From Chloropicon primus (Eukaryota): 64,000 nt of DNA. Each line of letters starts with the position of its first letter. The stretch's first letter is position 1. Where the stretch lies: positions 558,001-622,000 of the forward strand of contig CP060759.1 of the NCBI GenBank assembly GCA_023205875.1. The letters run 5' to 3'. The notes under the pieces were generated by a model. It saw only the letters and a program-made list of their open reading frames with translations, did not search any database and had not been told where the DNA came from. Below, one piece after another: positions 19,222-29,132 of the stretch. A program made the translations under genes and the position numbers.

Positions 19222-21444
19222 TCAAGAGAAGCTGTGCCTCGCCGCCCTGTGCCTCGCCAGCAATTGGTGGGCCGACTGCCGGCTATTGTTGAACTTCCAC
19301 TCCGCTGATGACACCTTGTTGCGCCCGAGCTTCAATTTGGTGACAAAATCGTTAATAGTGTCCAGGAAGCTTGATTTCGACTGTGGGCTGTGGACGGGAG
19401 TTTTGGGGGGGGAACCCGCGCCGGTACCCGCCTTGTTGTCATTGACCCGTATTGCCTTCTGCTCAAGCTCGTGAGGAGGACCGATCTGCAAAACATCTAG
19501 CTTTGTGACCGGGCTTACTCCAAAGATAGTCGTGGTGGTCCCGCCAAAGATGAAAAGGCCTTCTGCGCTACACCCTGCGACGTGCCTCAGGCCGTGGGAA
19601 GGGTGACCCAGGATGAGAGGGGGCTCTTCCCACTTGAGGGTGGTCAAGTTAAGCTGCTCGACATCGTCGAGGAAGAGGCCAGCTTCTGAGATGCCGCCGA
19701 CCAAAAGCAGCTTGTTTGCGGAGAGCCTAAGTGGGGCCGCCCTCTGTCTCGAGGTGGGCTTCATGTCATTGTCTTGCGGGTGCAGGGTCCACTGCATGGT
19801 GTCGAGGTCCAAGGAGAAGGGCGTCATGTCAAAAATGTCGTTCTTCCTCGTGGAATCCACTCTGTCTTTGGAGGGGCTGAACCCCCCGAAAATGATCACC
19901 TCCTCGAGGCCCGACACGGGATTCAATCTGACAGTGCTTGTGTGCAGACACCTGGCCCTCGGGTGGCTCTTGCGCCCGAGTTTGAACTTGGCAAACGTGG
20001 GAACACGCCTCCAGACAAGGGTGTTCAAGTTCAGAAAGTAACAACACGTGTCGTTTCCCTCGACCTCCTCCCCCTCCCCCCCGTAAACGAACAAGGACTC
20101 CTTCTGCTTGATTGTCTCCGCCGAGTGGTTGTATCTTGGCGATGGGATCTGCCCCAGCGTGTCGAACACGTCCCACTTCACGTACTCGCCGTTCTTTGCT
20201 ACCGTCAGAGTGTTGATCTCTTTGCCCCCGTACTCGTACCCCAGTGCGTCCCAGCCCCCATACATCAGTAAGAGGTGCTCGTCCGGCCTCTGCGGATGGA
20301 GCGGGCTCACCGTGGACACCTCCACGCGATTGAGCGTCTGCCTGAACCTCTTCGCCGGCGGCTCGCCGTAGACCCGAGGGCACCTGAAGGTCAGGGTCTC
20401 GATGTGGATCAGGATCACGTCCACGAACGGCAGATTCGCGGCCGGGCAGAAGCCCCCGACGATGACGATAAAGTCTCCGACGGAGACGGCACAGTGGCCG
20501 CTTCGAGGCAGCCTCTTGCCCAGCAGGAAAGTGGACGAGAGGTTCTTCCACTTGGAGCTCAGGACCCTCTCCGCCTCTGCCCGTTCCTCTGGGGTGACGT
20601 TGCTCAGCCTGTTGCTTTGACTCGTGCTTCCCTCGTAGCCGCCCACCCCTGCCCCCTCGGGAAGGACGGAGTTGAAGCACGTTTGGATTGGCCCAGGGAT
20701 GCTGCACCTCGACGCCTGGGACCCCGTCAGCAAGTCCTGCGCCTTGGTGAGCTCGGGGTCCGAGACCATCTTCTTCTTCGACATGATCCCGTCCTCGATC
20801 TTCGCGTTGTGCTTCAGCACCAGGTTGGCGCCCTTGGACCAGTGCAGGATCCTCAGGTCCGCCGCGTCCCTGCAAAGGTTCCTCCAGAAGACGGCGTTCT
20901 CCCTGCAGAGGTCGTCCGTGTAAGCCCCGCAGGTCGCGTGCAGCTTGCAGATTCCCTTCCCGAGCATCTGCTCGCACACCACTTGCCAGAGCTTGCCGCC
21001 CAGCGTGAAGGCGTGCAAATCGTCGGTGCGGACGTAGCCCTCCACGTCGAAGTACCACGAGTGCGGGTAGCCCGAGCTCGACATCAGGTGGCAGTGGTGG
21101 GTCCCGCCACCGTGCTTCCCCAGGCCCGCCAAGTAGTCGCACGGAACGTCCTCGGCCTCCGGATTGAGTATCTCCCGCAGGGCACGGCAAGCGCACGCCA
21201 GGGAAGCCAGGGTCCGGGCGCCCTCCCTCCCGTCCTCAGGGCTCCCGTCCGCGGACTCCAGCGCCTTCCTCAGGATGGCCCCCAGGAGATTCCTCGGCAG
21301 CCGGGTCAGGTGGTCCCCGGCCGAAAACTCCTCCCCCTTCTTCCCCCACTTGTTGTACAGCTTCCCGTTGTCCACCAGCTCGCCTAAGACGCCCCCTCCC
21401 CCCCCCCTCTCCGACACGCTCTTCGTCGTCGTCGTGCCCGACAT
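19222..21444 (-). CDS. F-box-like / Kelch-repeat protein
   Basis: N-terminal LTRLPRNLLGAIL...LACACRALR; Kelch blades RSGHCA..IVGG, RYNHSA..VYGG, RCLHTS..IFGG. A CAG acceptor near 21502 allows an upstream exon. Confidence 0.75.
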   Translation of the reverse strand: MSGTTTTKSVSERGGGGGVLGELVDNGKLYNKWGKKGEEFSAGDHLTRLPRNLLGAILRKALESADGSPEDGREGARTLASLACACRALREILNPEAEDVPCDYLAGLGKHGGGTHHCHLMSSSGYPHSWYFDVEGYVRTDDLHAFTLGGKLWQVVCEQMLGKGICKLHATCGAYTDDLCRENAVFWRNLCRDAADLRILHWSKGANLVLKHNAKIEDGIMSKKKMVSDPELTKAQDLLTGSQASRCSIPGPIQTCFNSVLPEGAGVGGYEGSTSQSNRLSNVTPEERAEAERVLSSKWKNLSSTFLLGKRLPRSGHCAVSVGDFIVIVGGFCPAANLPFVDVILIHIETLTFRCPRVYGEPPAKRFRQTLNRVEVSTVSPLHPQRPDEHLLLMYGGWDALGYEYGGKEINTLTVAKNGEYVKWDVFDTLGQIPSPRYNHSAETIKQKESLFVYGGEGEEVEGNDTCCYFLNLNTLVWRRVPTFAKFKLGRKSHPRARCLHTSTVRLNPVSGLEEVIIFGGFSPSKDRVDSTRKNDIFDMTPFSLDLDTMQWTLHPQDNDMKPTSRQRAAPLRLSANKLLLVGGISEAGLFLDDVEQLNLTTLKWEEPPLILGHPSHGLRHVAGCSAEGLFIFGGTTTTIFGVSPVTKLDVLQIGPPHELEQKAIRVNDNKAGTGAGSPPKTPVHSPQSKSSFLDTINDFVTKLKLGRNKVSSAEWKFNNSRQSAHQLLARHRAARHSFS

Positions 21445-21627
21445 CTCTGCCTGGCCTCTCGTCGCCCACCTCCGCTCTTCCCCCTTCACCTCCACCTCCA
21501 CCTGCAGCAGCAGCAGAGCACCACCACCAGGTCCAGGTCCAGGTCCGTTCCGGTTTCCTCCCGTCGTCCGTTACGTCGTCACGAAGACTGACAAGACTTT
21601 TGCTCTCCCTCCTTTCCTTTCCTTGTC

Positions 21628-21662
<35 letters not shown>

Positions 21663-22058
21663 GGGAAAAAACACCACCAAAGTAATGAACCACTTCCGTT
21701 CCGTCCAGTGCACCAAGCACCGAGCAACCGAGCACCCGTCCTCGTCACCTTATCGGTCTCCGCTTCGATCGTCTCGCTCAATTCCAAAATCCAATTTCCG
21801 TTACACTCGTTTTGTAGGTATTCGATGTTGTACACCCGTTTTGCGAACTCCTCTGCAGACTCTGAACTTTTGGAGGCGGCTCGGCTGGTGCTTGCTGGAG
21901 GAGCGCGAGTTCGAGAGGGTTTGGTCGACGGGGACGGGGAGTGAGAGGTCGAGGATTTAAATCAAACGAAGCGTCTTTTCGTTCTCTTTCGAAAGAGCCG
22001 TAGCTTGAAGGGATTGGCGGCCATTTGCGGTGAGGAGGAGGCGAGGACGGCGAGGGTG

Positions 22059-24995
22059 ATGGCGGAGGACAGGTCGAGGAAGAGGGCCAAGGTGGGTGAG
22101 GTGGAGGCCGCCTCGGGGGACGTGGTGACGCTTGTGGAGTCGGTGGATGGGAAGACTTGCACGCACCAGTGCGTGTGGCCGGAAGGCGCGAGGCCGACGC
22201 GCCAGGGCCCGCCCCCCAGCATCCCTTCCCACAAGGCCGCCAAGGAGTACGAGTTCAAGCTGGACCCGTTCCAGTACACGTCGATGAACTGCATGGAGCA
22301 GGGTGAGTCCGTGATGGTGGCCGCGCACACCTCCGCGGGAAAGACGGTGGTCGCGGAGTACGCCATAGCGATGGCCCTGCGGGACGGCCAGAGGGTCGTC
22401 TACACCTCGCCTCTCAAGGCCCTGTCGAACCAGAAGTACAGGGAGCTGAGCGAAAAGTTCTCGGATGTTGGCCTGATGACGGGCGACGTGACGATCAACG
22501 AGAACGCGAGCTGCCTCGTGATGACCACAGAGATTCTCAGGAGCATGCTTTACAGGGGGAGCGAGGTGGCGATAGAGGTGGCCTGGATCATCTTTGATGA
22601 GATCCACTACCTGAGGGACAAGGAGAGGGGCGTGGTGTGGGAGGAGACGATTATTTTGGTGCCCGACACGGTCCACTTCGTGTTTCTCTCGGCCACCCTG
22701 CCCAACGCGAAGGAGTTCGCGGGCTGGATTGCCAAAATACACAAGCAGCCGTGCCACCTCGTGAGCACGGACTACAGGCCGACCCCCCTGCAGCACTTCA
22801 TGTTCCCCGCGGGGGCGAGCGGGCTGTACATGGTGGTGGACGAGAAGTCCAAGTTCAAGCCGGACAACTTTCAGAAGGCGGTGGCGACGCTGAGCTCGAC
22901 GCAGCGGGAGGGGGAGCTCCTGAGGAAGGAGAAGCACAAGCGGAACCAGGAGGACATCTTGAAGATAGTGCAGCTCATCATGGAGCGGCGGTTCGACCCG
23001 TGCATCATCTTTGCCTTCTCCAAGAAGGATTGCGAGAACTTGGCCACGAAGCTGACGAACCTGGACTTGACCACTGACGACGAGAAGAAGCTGATAGGGA
23101 CGATCTTTGAAAACGCGGTGGACTGCCTGAGCGAGGAGGACAAGCGCCTGCCGCAGATCAGGCACCTGCTGCCCCTCCTGAGGCAAGGGATAGGGATACA
23201 CCACTCGGGGTTGCTGCCGATCCTGAAGGAGGTCGTCGAGGTGCTCTTTCAGGAGGGGCTCCTCAAGTGCCTCTTCGCGACGGAGACCTTCTCCACGGGG
23301 CTGAACATGCCTGCGAAGACTGTCGTGTTCGTCCGCCCCAGAAAGTTTGATGGTGGGGGATTCAGGTGGCTCTCCTCGGGGGAGTACATCCAGATGAGTG
23401 GCAGGGCGGGGAGGCGTGGTCTGGATGACAAGGGCATTGTCATCCTGATGCTGGACTCGAAGATGGAGCCCGCGGTGGCGCGGCAGATGGTCCAGGGATC
23501 GGCCGACCCCCTGGTCTCTGCCTTTCACCTGAGCTTCAACATGATATTGAACTTGTGCAGGACGGACGGCGGCGACCCTTCTGCCCTAATGAGGTCGTCC
23601 TACCGCCAGCATCAAACGGAACTTGCGCTGCCGGCCCTCAAGAAAAGGGCAAAGGAGCTCGAGGAAAGGTGCAAAAGCGTCCAGATCGAGAATGAGGACG
23701 AGGTTGAAAAGGATTTCGAGGTCTTGCAGAAAGTCGGGCAGCTCCGGGCGCAACGGAGGCAACTTTTCCAGGACCCCAGCATCGCGTTGCCCTTCTTGCA
23801 ACCTGGAAGGCTAGTGAAGGTGCTTTCCGAGGACGCCCTGGACATGGACAGGTACCTCGCGGCAAAGGAGCACGCCGGGGCTGACGATGACGACGAGATC
23901 GAGCGGGAGTCAAAGTATGTCGCGGAGACCATGATTAAGGCCTCCTCTGGCGAGGGTGTCTTGGGGTGCGTGGTGGGCTGCAAGCGAAACGGTTCGAGGG
24001 GTTACAAGCTGGACGCGTTGCTCCTTCCGGAGGGGGACGCTGAACCAAAGGTGACGACGGTCGATCTTTCTCGGATCGAGAGCGTTAGCAAAGTGAGAAT
24101 CTATCTGCCGAAAGAGGGTCTCAAGAGCTTGCACGCACGTAAGAAAGTTTTGACCACTCTGCGTGAGGTCGAAAAGCGCTTCAATTCCGTGCTGCCTTTG
24201 CTTGATCCAAAGGGGGACATGAAGCTGCAGGGAGAGATGCTAGACAACCTTTTGTCCGCAGAGCAGGCCCTGGAGTCTGAGGGCGCGAGGGACTGGGGGG
24301 AGCTTGAAGGCGGGATCAGACTCCTTTGCAAGAAGACTCTTCTGAAACGTTTGGCGGAATTGGCAAAGAGGGAAGAGAAGCTTTCCAGGGAGTTGGTGGG
24401 GCACGAAGAACTTAAAGCCAGGAAGAAGGTACTGAGAAAGCTCCATTACTTGGATTCCGTTGGCCGTGTGTCCTCAAAGGGGCACCTTGCTGCCGAGATA
24501 TCCTCGGCGGACGAGCTTGTCCTGACCGAAATGCTGGTGAACGGAGTTTTCAAGAATCTGCCGTGCCCAGAAACAATTTCTCTCCTGTCTTGCTTTGTGA
24601 GCAGTGGCAACAGCAAGTACAACGGAAAGCTCAGCGAGGAGTATGACAAGCTTTTCAAGCAGCTCAGGGAGCAGGTCTCGAGGGTAGCAAAGCTGGCCAA
24701 CGAGGCAAGCTTGGGTGGAATCGACATGGACAAGTACCTCGATGCCTTTTCGCCCCAATTGATGGAAGCCACCGCCGCCTGGGCGAGGGGATCAAATTTC
24801 TCGACGTGCTTGAAGCTCGGTGGGGGAGCTTTCGAGGGCTCGCTGGTCAGGGCAATCCGAAGGATCGAGGAGCTCCTTCAGCAGCTCATCAAAGCGTGCC
24901 AGGTCGTGGGAGAGCATGATCAGGCCGAGCACTTTAGCGAGTGCAGCGATAAGATAAAGAGAGACGTTGTCTTTGCGGCCTCTCTGTACTTGTAA
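22059..24995 (+). CDS. MTR4: Ski2-like DExH RNA helicase MTR4/HEN2 (nuclear exosome cofactor)
   Basis: AHTSAGKT, YTSPLKALSNQKYREL, DEIH, LSAT, YRPTPLQH, ETFSTGLNMPA, QMSGRAGRRG, C-terminal KRDVVFAASLYL. Confidence 0.92.
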   Translation: MAEDRSRKRAKVGEVEAASGDVVTLVESVDGKTCTHQCVWPEGARPTRQGPPPSIPSHKAAKEYEFKLDPFQYTSMNCMEQGESVMVAAHTSAGKTVVAEYAIAMALRDGQRVVYTSPLKALSNQKYRELSEKFSDVGLMTGDVTINENASCLVMTTEILRSMLYRGSEVAIEVAWIIFDEIHYLRDKERGVVWEETIILVPDTVHFVFLSATLPNAKEFAGWIAKIHKQPCHLVSTDYRPTPLQHFMFPAGASGLYMVVDEKSKFKPDNFQKAVATLSSTQREGELLRKEKHKRNQEDILKIVQLIMERRFDPCIIFAFSKKDCENLATKLTNLDLTTDDEKKLIGTIFENAVDCLSEEDKRLPQIRHLLPLLRQGIGIHHSGLLPILKEVVEVLFQEGLLKCLFATETFSTGLNMPAKTVVFVRPRKFDGGGFRWLSSGEYIQMSGRAGRRGLDDKGIVILMLDSKMEPAVARQMVQGSADPLVSAFHLSFNMILNLCRTDGGDPSALMRSSYRQHQTELALPALKKRAKELEERCKSVQIENEDEVEKDFEVLQKVGQLRAQRRQLFQDPSIALPFLQPGRLVKVLSEDALDMDRYLAAKEHAGADDDDEIERESKYVAETMIKASSGEGVLGCVVGCKRNGSRGYKLDALLLPEGDAEPKVTTVDLSRIESVSKVRIYLPKEGLKSLHARKKVLTTLREVEKRFNSVLPLLDPKGDMKLQGEMLDNLLSAEQALESEGARDWGELEGGIRLLCKKTLLKRLAELAKREEKLSRELVGHEELKARKKVLRKLHYLDSVGRVSSKGHLAAEISSADELVLTEMLVNGVFKNLPCPETISLLSCFVSSGNSKYNGKLSEEYDKLFKQLREQVSRVAKLANEASLGGIDMDKYLDAFSPQLMEATAAWARGSNFSTCLKLGGGAFEGSLVRAIRRIEELLQQLIKACQVVGEHDQAEHFSECSDKIKRDVVFAASLYL

Positions 24996-25072
24996 AGAAA
25001 AGGAAGTATTTATTCGTTTAGGTTTTTAACCAAATCCCAATAATATTACAAATTATTATCTCCATATACATT

Positions 25073-27679
25073 TTACTCTTGGGCTGCTGGGCTGCTCTCT
25101 TTCGACTCCCCCTCGCCGCCCTCGCTTTCAGGGAAACTACCAAACACCACCTTGCTGATGCTTGGGAACTTGAGAAGAGAGTTGTAAGCTTGAACGCATT
25201 TCCGCGTTTTCTCCGTAGTGGACCTGTACTCCTCGTTCATGAAATCACTCAACTGACCCATGGCTTTCTCGTATGGATGCACGAACGCTTTTGAGCTTTC
25301 GTCCTCCTCAGGCTTGTCTTCGCCGTTACCATGGTCGTCCATCAGATCGTACTTCTTCATGATCTCCTCCATGGTCTTGGGCAGCTCCCGCAGCCTCTTC
25401 TCCCTCTCCTCTTCCTTGGCCTCGACATCCGGGTCGTCGGCAAAAGAAATCTCTCCTGGCTCCATGGAATCAGGAACGTGGTCCGGAAGCAGCGTCTTCA
25501 CTCTCTTCTGAGCGACATAGTAGTCTGACAGAGTCTTCGAGTAGACAGGCAAGTTGCTCATCGAAACGACAGTGTTCTCATAGGTCTCCTCTTCCAGGTA
25601 GCTCACTCGGTGCGTGAAAATCCTTGGCTCGATGGGGAAGTCAACGTCCAGGCCCCACAAGCTGGGCTCCTGGTATCGAACCTGATACTCGGACATAAAG
25701 AGCTTGTCCGATAAGCTCAGCTGCGTGGAGGGAGACTTCGGCAGCTCCAGCCTGTCGGAGATAACGTCCTCGATCTCTGGAAGGTTTGACGTAGGGAGGT
25801 CGTAGTCGTACTCCTCGATCGCGCCCTCCATCAGCTCCTCGTTCTCAATCGGAGGGATGTACGTCAAAAACTCTTCAAAAGGCTCTTCTTGGTAGCCCAT
25901 CGTCTTGTACTCGAAGACTTCCTTCAAGGGGTATTTCCCCACCTCCCCATAAGACTCTATGCGTGGCACTTCCAGCTCATCGTTGAACTTGAACCGGATG
26001 TCTTCTGCCGTGCTGCTCTTGTAAAACTCAAGGTTCTCGAGCACGGGGTAAACCAGCTCCAAGTTCTGCTCCCCGGTTGTGCTTCTCCCCGTCTCCTCGT
26101 TGTCGTTCTCAACCGCCTCCGCAATCGCTGCGACGCTGCGACCGTGCTTGTCCAAGAACGCCTTCAGTTTCTGCAGCCTTTTGTCCATCTTGTTCCTGTA
26201 GATGACTTTCCTCGCGGCCTGGATGAACCTTTCGATCACCGTGGCCCTCATTCTCCACGTGTCGTTGATCGCCTGGTCGAACCTCGGGTTCACCTCGTCG
26301 ATGATCTCCTGGTTCGTCTTTATGGGAATGTAAGGCTCGCTCACCGCCGCCAGGGTCTCGCCTTCCACATTGCTCAGAGCCCTCTCCACCTTGCACTGCA
26401 GTTGGCTCTCCGCCTGCTCCTTCAGGGCGTTCTGGAAGAATTCGACCTTCTCCTGCGAGAACTCTTCCTCGCCGACGCTCTTTGTCCCCATCATGCTCAC
26501 CCTATCCGTCCTATGCTTCTCATCCCAGGCCTCCTGAAAGACTTTCTCCTTGACCTCGTTGCTGAGGGACCAGTCGTCCAGCGGGTGCAGATCGGTCTCA
26601 AAGAGTCTCAACTGCTTGTCGATGTCCGGCACAACCGTTCGAAACTGTTCGCTGTTCAAATCTTTGTCGTATACCCTTCGATCTGGCTGCTGATTCAGAA
26701 CTTTGTTCACGCCGTGGTGCGTGTTCAGCTTGTTCAGGTCCGGGAACTCTATGCCGCCGTCCTTCATCCCGGTCTGAAATTCTCGGCTCTCCAGCTTCCT
26801 TGCCGTGCCCCTCAAGCCCGGGGAGTTCAGCCTCCCGTACGTCGTCAGCCCCTTGCTCCCCTTTGGCCGCTTCTTCTCCGCGGACAGGGTCAGCAGCTCC
26901 TCCGCGGTGAGGTTCGTGGGGTCTATGCTGCTGAACTTGGAGATCTTCTCGTTCACGTTCTTCGGGAACCCTGAGCCAGTGATGTCACAAAACACGGGCT
27001 TGGAGTTTGCCGTGGCCACATTCACCTTGAGCTGCAGCGTGCTCGTGGTAGACCTCATGGGCTGGAACGTGATCGTGATCTCGGTGGGCTTGTTGTTGGA
27101 CACGACTCCGCTCGTTGGGGTGACTTCGAACTCGGGACTCGTGCCCAGCTTCTCCACCGTGAACTCGAAGTCCAGTGGAACCTTGCACTCCAACTTCACC
27201 TTCCTCTGCCTGGACTCCGACAGGTCGCACCTCCCAAAGTCAATCCTCCTGGGGAAGTTCACCTCGTTCAGCGTAGGATACGCATGGATGGGAATGAGCA
27301 TATTCCCATCCTCCGTGTGTATGCGGATGCAATCGTAGTAATAGCGCCACTCCGTGGGCCGGAACTCGATCTCAATCTCCTCGCTCAGACCCGGAGGGAT
27401 CAACCCCTTCTTCTTCATCATCGCCGTCGCGAAGTGGTCGTTCTGCGTCTTTATGACGTGCATTCTCTGGCTGAAGTCCGCCGTGTTGACTAACCGTATG
27501 GTCTGCGTATGTGTCTTCCCGACCTGGAAGCCGTCGAAGTGCACCACGCTCGGACTCGTCGCAAACGTCCAAGGCCCATTTGTCTGGAACTCCTTCCTCT
27601 CCAGAGAAAACGGAGGCGGCGGCCTCTTCGGCTCTTGCACGGCCTTGGTTGGACTCAGGTCCAGATAGGCCTCCAACAT
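25073..27679 (-). CDS. CFAP221: Cilia/flagella central-pair protein CFAP221 (PCDP1)-like
   Basis: ASH/Ig-like N-terminus PSVVHFDGF...PGLSEEIEIEFRPTEWRYYYDCIRIH...IPIHAYP; IQ-like FIQAARKVIYRNKMDKRL. Start uncertain. Confidence 0.78.
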   Translation of the reverse strand: MLEAYLDLSPTKAVQEPKRPPPPFSLERKEFQTNGPWTFATSPSVVHFDGFQVGKTHTQTIRLVNTADFSQRMHVIKTQNDHFATAMMKKKGLIPPGLSEEIEIEFRPTEWRYYYDCIRIHTEDGNMLIPIHAYPTLNEVNFPRRIDFGRCDLSESRQRKVKLECKVPLDFEFTVEKLGTSPEFEVTPTSGVVSNNKPTEITITFQPMRSTTSTLQLKVNVATANSKPVFCDITGSGFPKNVNEKISKFSSIDPTNLTAEELLTLSAEKKRPKGSKGLTTYGRLNSPGLRGTARKLESREFQTGMKDGGIEFPDLNKLNTHHGVNKVLNQQPDRRVYDKDLNSEQFRTVVPDIDKQLRLFETDLHPLDDWSLSNEVKEKVFQEAWDEKHRTDRVSMMGTKSVGEEEFSQEKVEFFQNALKEQAESQLQCKVERALSNVEGETLAAVSEPYIPIKTNQEIIDEVNPRFDQAINDTWRMRATVIERFIQAARKVIYRNKMDKRLQKLKAFLDKHGRSVAAIAEAVENDNEETGRSTTGEQNLELVYPVLENLEFYKSSTAEDIRFKFNDELEVPRIESYGEVGKYPLKEVFEYKTMGYQEEPFEEFLTYIPPIENEELMEGAIEEYDYDLPTSNLPEIEDVISDRLELPKSPSTQLSLSDKLFMSEYQVRYQEPSLWGLDVDFPIEPRIFTHRVSYLEEETYENTVVSMSNLPVYSKTLSDYYVAQKRVKTLLPDHVPDSMEPGEISFADDPDVEAKEEEREKRLRELPKTMEEIMKKYDLMDDHGNGEDKPEEDESSKAFVHPYEKAMGQLSDFMNEEYRSTTEKTRKCVQAYNSLLKFPSISKVVFGSFPESEGGEGESKESSPAAQE

Positions 27680-28076
27680 AGTCACAAGAAACACAAACAC
27701 ACACCTCCCTCAACCCTACAACGCCCTTGGTGGCAGCCTGTCCTTGTCTTCTCAAACAAACACTCCTGGAATCACTCCTCACGCCTCACTTCATCCTCCT
27801 CACCACTCCTCCTCCTGGGCTCGTCTCCCTTCCCCTCGTCGTCGTGGCCTTGACCTGGTCTCCTTCCCAAGCCGCTACGCTCTCCTCTCTCTCTCTCTCT
27901 CTCTAAAATTGACTTTCATTCAAAAGGGTCAGAAAGAAGTGTAATCGCTCAAAGATTGCATCTTGGAGTGCAATCAAAAAATCCTGGATTTCAAAGGCGG
28001 GAGACAGACAGCTCGAAAGGAGAGAGCAAGGGGAGAAGAGTGAGCCAAGGCATCAGGTGGGTCGTGGGACTGAAGC

Positions 28077-28328
28077 CAGGTGGAGAGGAGTCTCGCGCGA
28101 CGCGGAAGCACGTTCCAAGGGCTTTCGATTGATACCTCCCTCGGTGCGAGTGGAGAAGTTTCGGTCAAAGCGTGTCTATCTCTTGAGTTTGCTCTTGTGA
28201 AAAGGCGGGAGAGGACAGGAAAGCGTTCTTCCAAGCGGAGGGGAGCTGACGAAGGAATCGAACAGGTGGAGAGGAGTCTCACGCGACGCGGAAGCACGTT
28301 CCAAGGTCTTTCGATTGATACATCCTTC
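28077..28328. repeat. Direct repeat of about 66 bp, spacing 186 bp
   Basis: CAGGTGGAGAGGAGTCTC(G/A)CGCGACGCGGAAGCACGTTCCAAGG(G/T)CTTTCGATTGATAC at 28077 and 28263. Confidence 0.9.
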
Positions 28329-28342
28329 ACTCGGTGGTCGCC

Positions 28343-29077
28343 ATGAGTCCTGCAGTGGTTTCGACTACGGGCGGGAACGCTACAGAAGGGTTCGTCAAGG
28401 TGACGGTGAAGTCTCCTCGAGTGAAGGCGGGGGGTGTGCTGGCGAAGCTGGAGGTCAAGTGCGAGGAGAAGGACCGGGAGATCGAGAGCCTGAAGGCCAA
28501 AGTCGTGGAGCTGGGGAGGGACAGCGGGGCCAAGGACGAGAAGATAGATGTCCTGAAGAACCAGCTCCAAGGCGTGCACAGGGAGCTGGACGAGGAGAGA
28601 GGGAAGAACAAGCAGCTCAATGACGAGGTCGCCGTCCTCAAGTACGCCTTCCACGAGAGGAAGCTGTCGAAGAAGGAGATAGAGAGGATTACGGAGCAGG
28701 TCAGGAGCTCGGGGTTCAAGCCCGCCGCGAGTCCGGGACCAAACCCAAGGGCGCCCAAGTCGTCGTCGCCCGACGCTGCGCTGTCTTGGGCGTCTCACAG
28801 CATCGAGGTCGAGATCGAGGACCTCATCAGCCGGCTTGCGACGACCGAGGCACGCTTGGCGATGACCGAGGAGAAGTGCGCCGGACTTGAGGAGAAAGTG
28901 AGGGAAGCGGAGCAGCAGAGAGACCTTCACCAGAGGCACACAGACATCGTTCTCAAGGACAAGACGAAGCTGGCGGCCGAGCTGCAAGCCCTCAAGGAAG
29001 CGAACCTGGCTTCCGAGCCAGATGACTACTTTGCTCGGAGCCCTTTGGCCTCGAAAAACCTCAACACGACAACGTAA
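28343..29077 (+). CDS. Uncharacterised coiled-coil protein
   Basis: Codon usage like neighbouring genes; heptad-rich E/K/L sequence; no family recognised. Confidence 0.7.
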   Translation: MSPAVVSTTGGNATEGFVKVTVKSPRVKAGGVLAKLEVKCEEKDREIESLKAKVVELGRDSGAKDEKIDVLKNQLQGVHRELDEERGKNKQLNDEVAVLKYAFHERKLSKKEIERITEQVRSSGFKPAASPGPNPRAPKSSSPDAALSWASHSIEVEIEDLISRLATTEARLAMTEEKCAGLEEKVREAEQQRDLHQRHTDIVLKDKTKLAAELQALKEANLASEPDDYFARSPLASKNLNTTT

Positions 29078-29132
29078 CAGAGTAAAGTACACCTTCAACG
29101 CATATGATTTGCTGGTTTACACCCGCGTAGCT

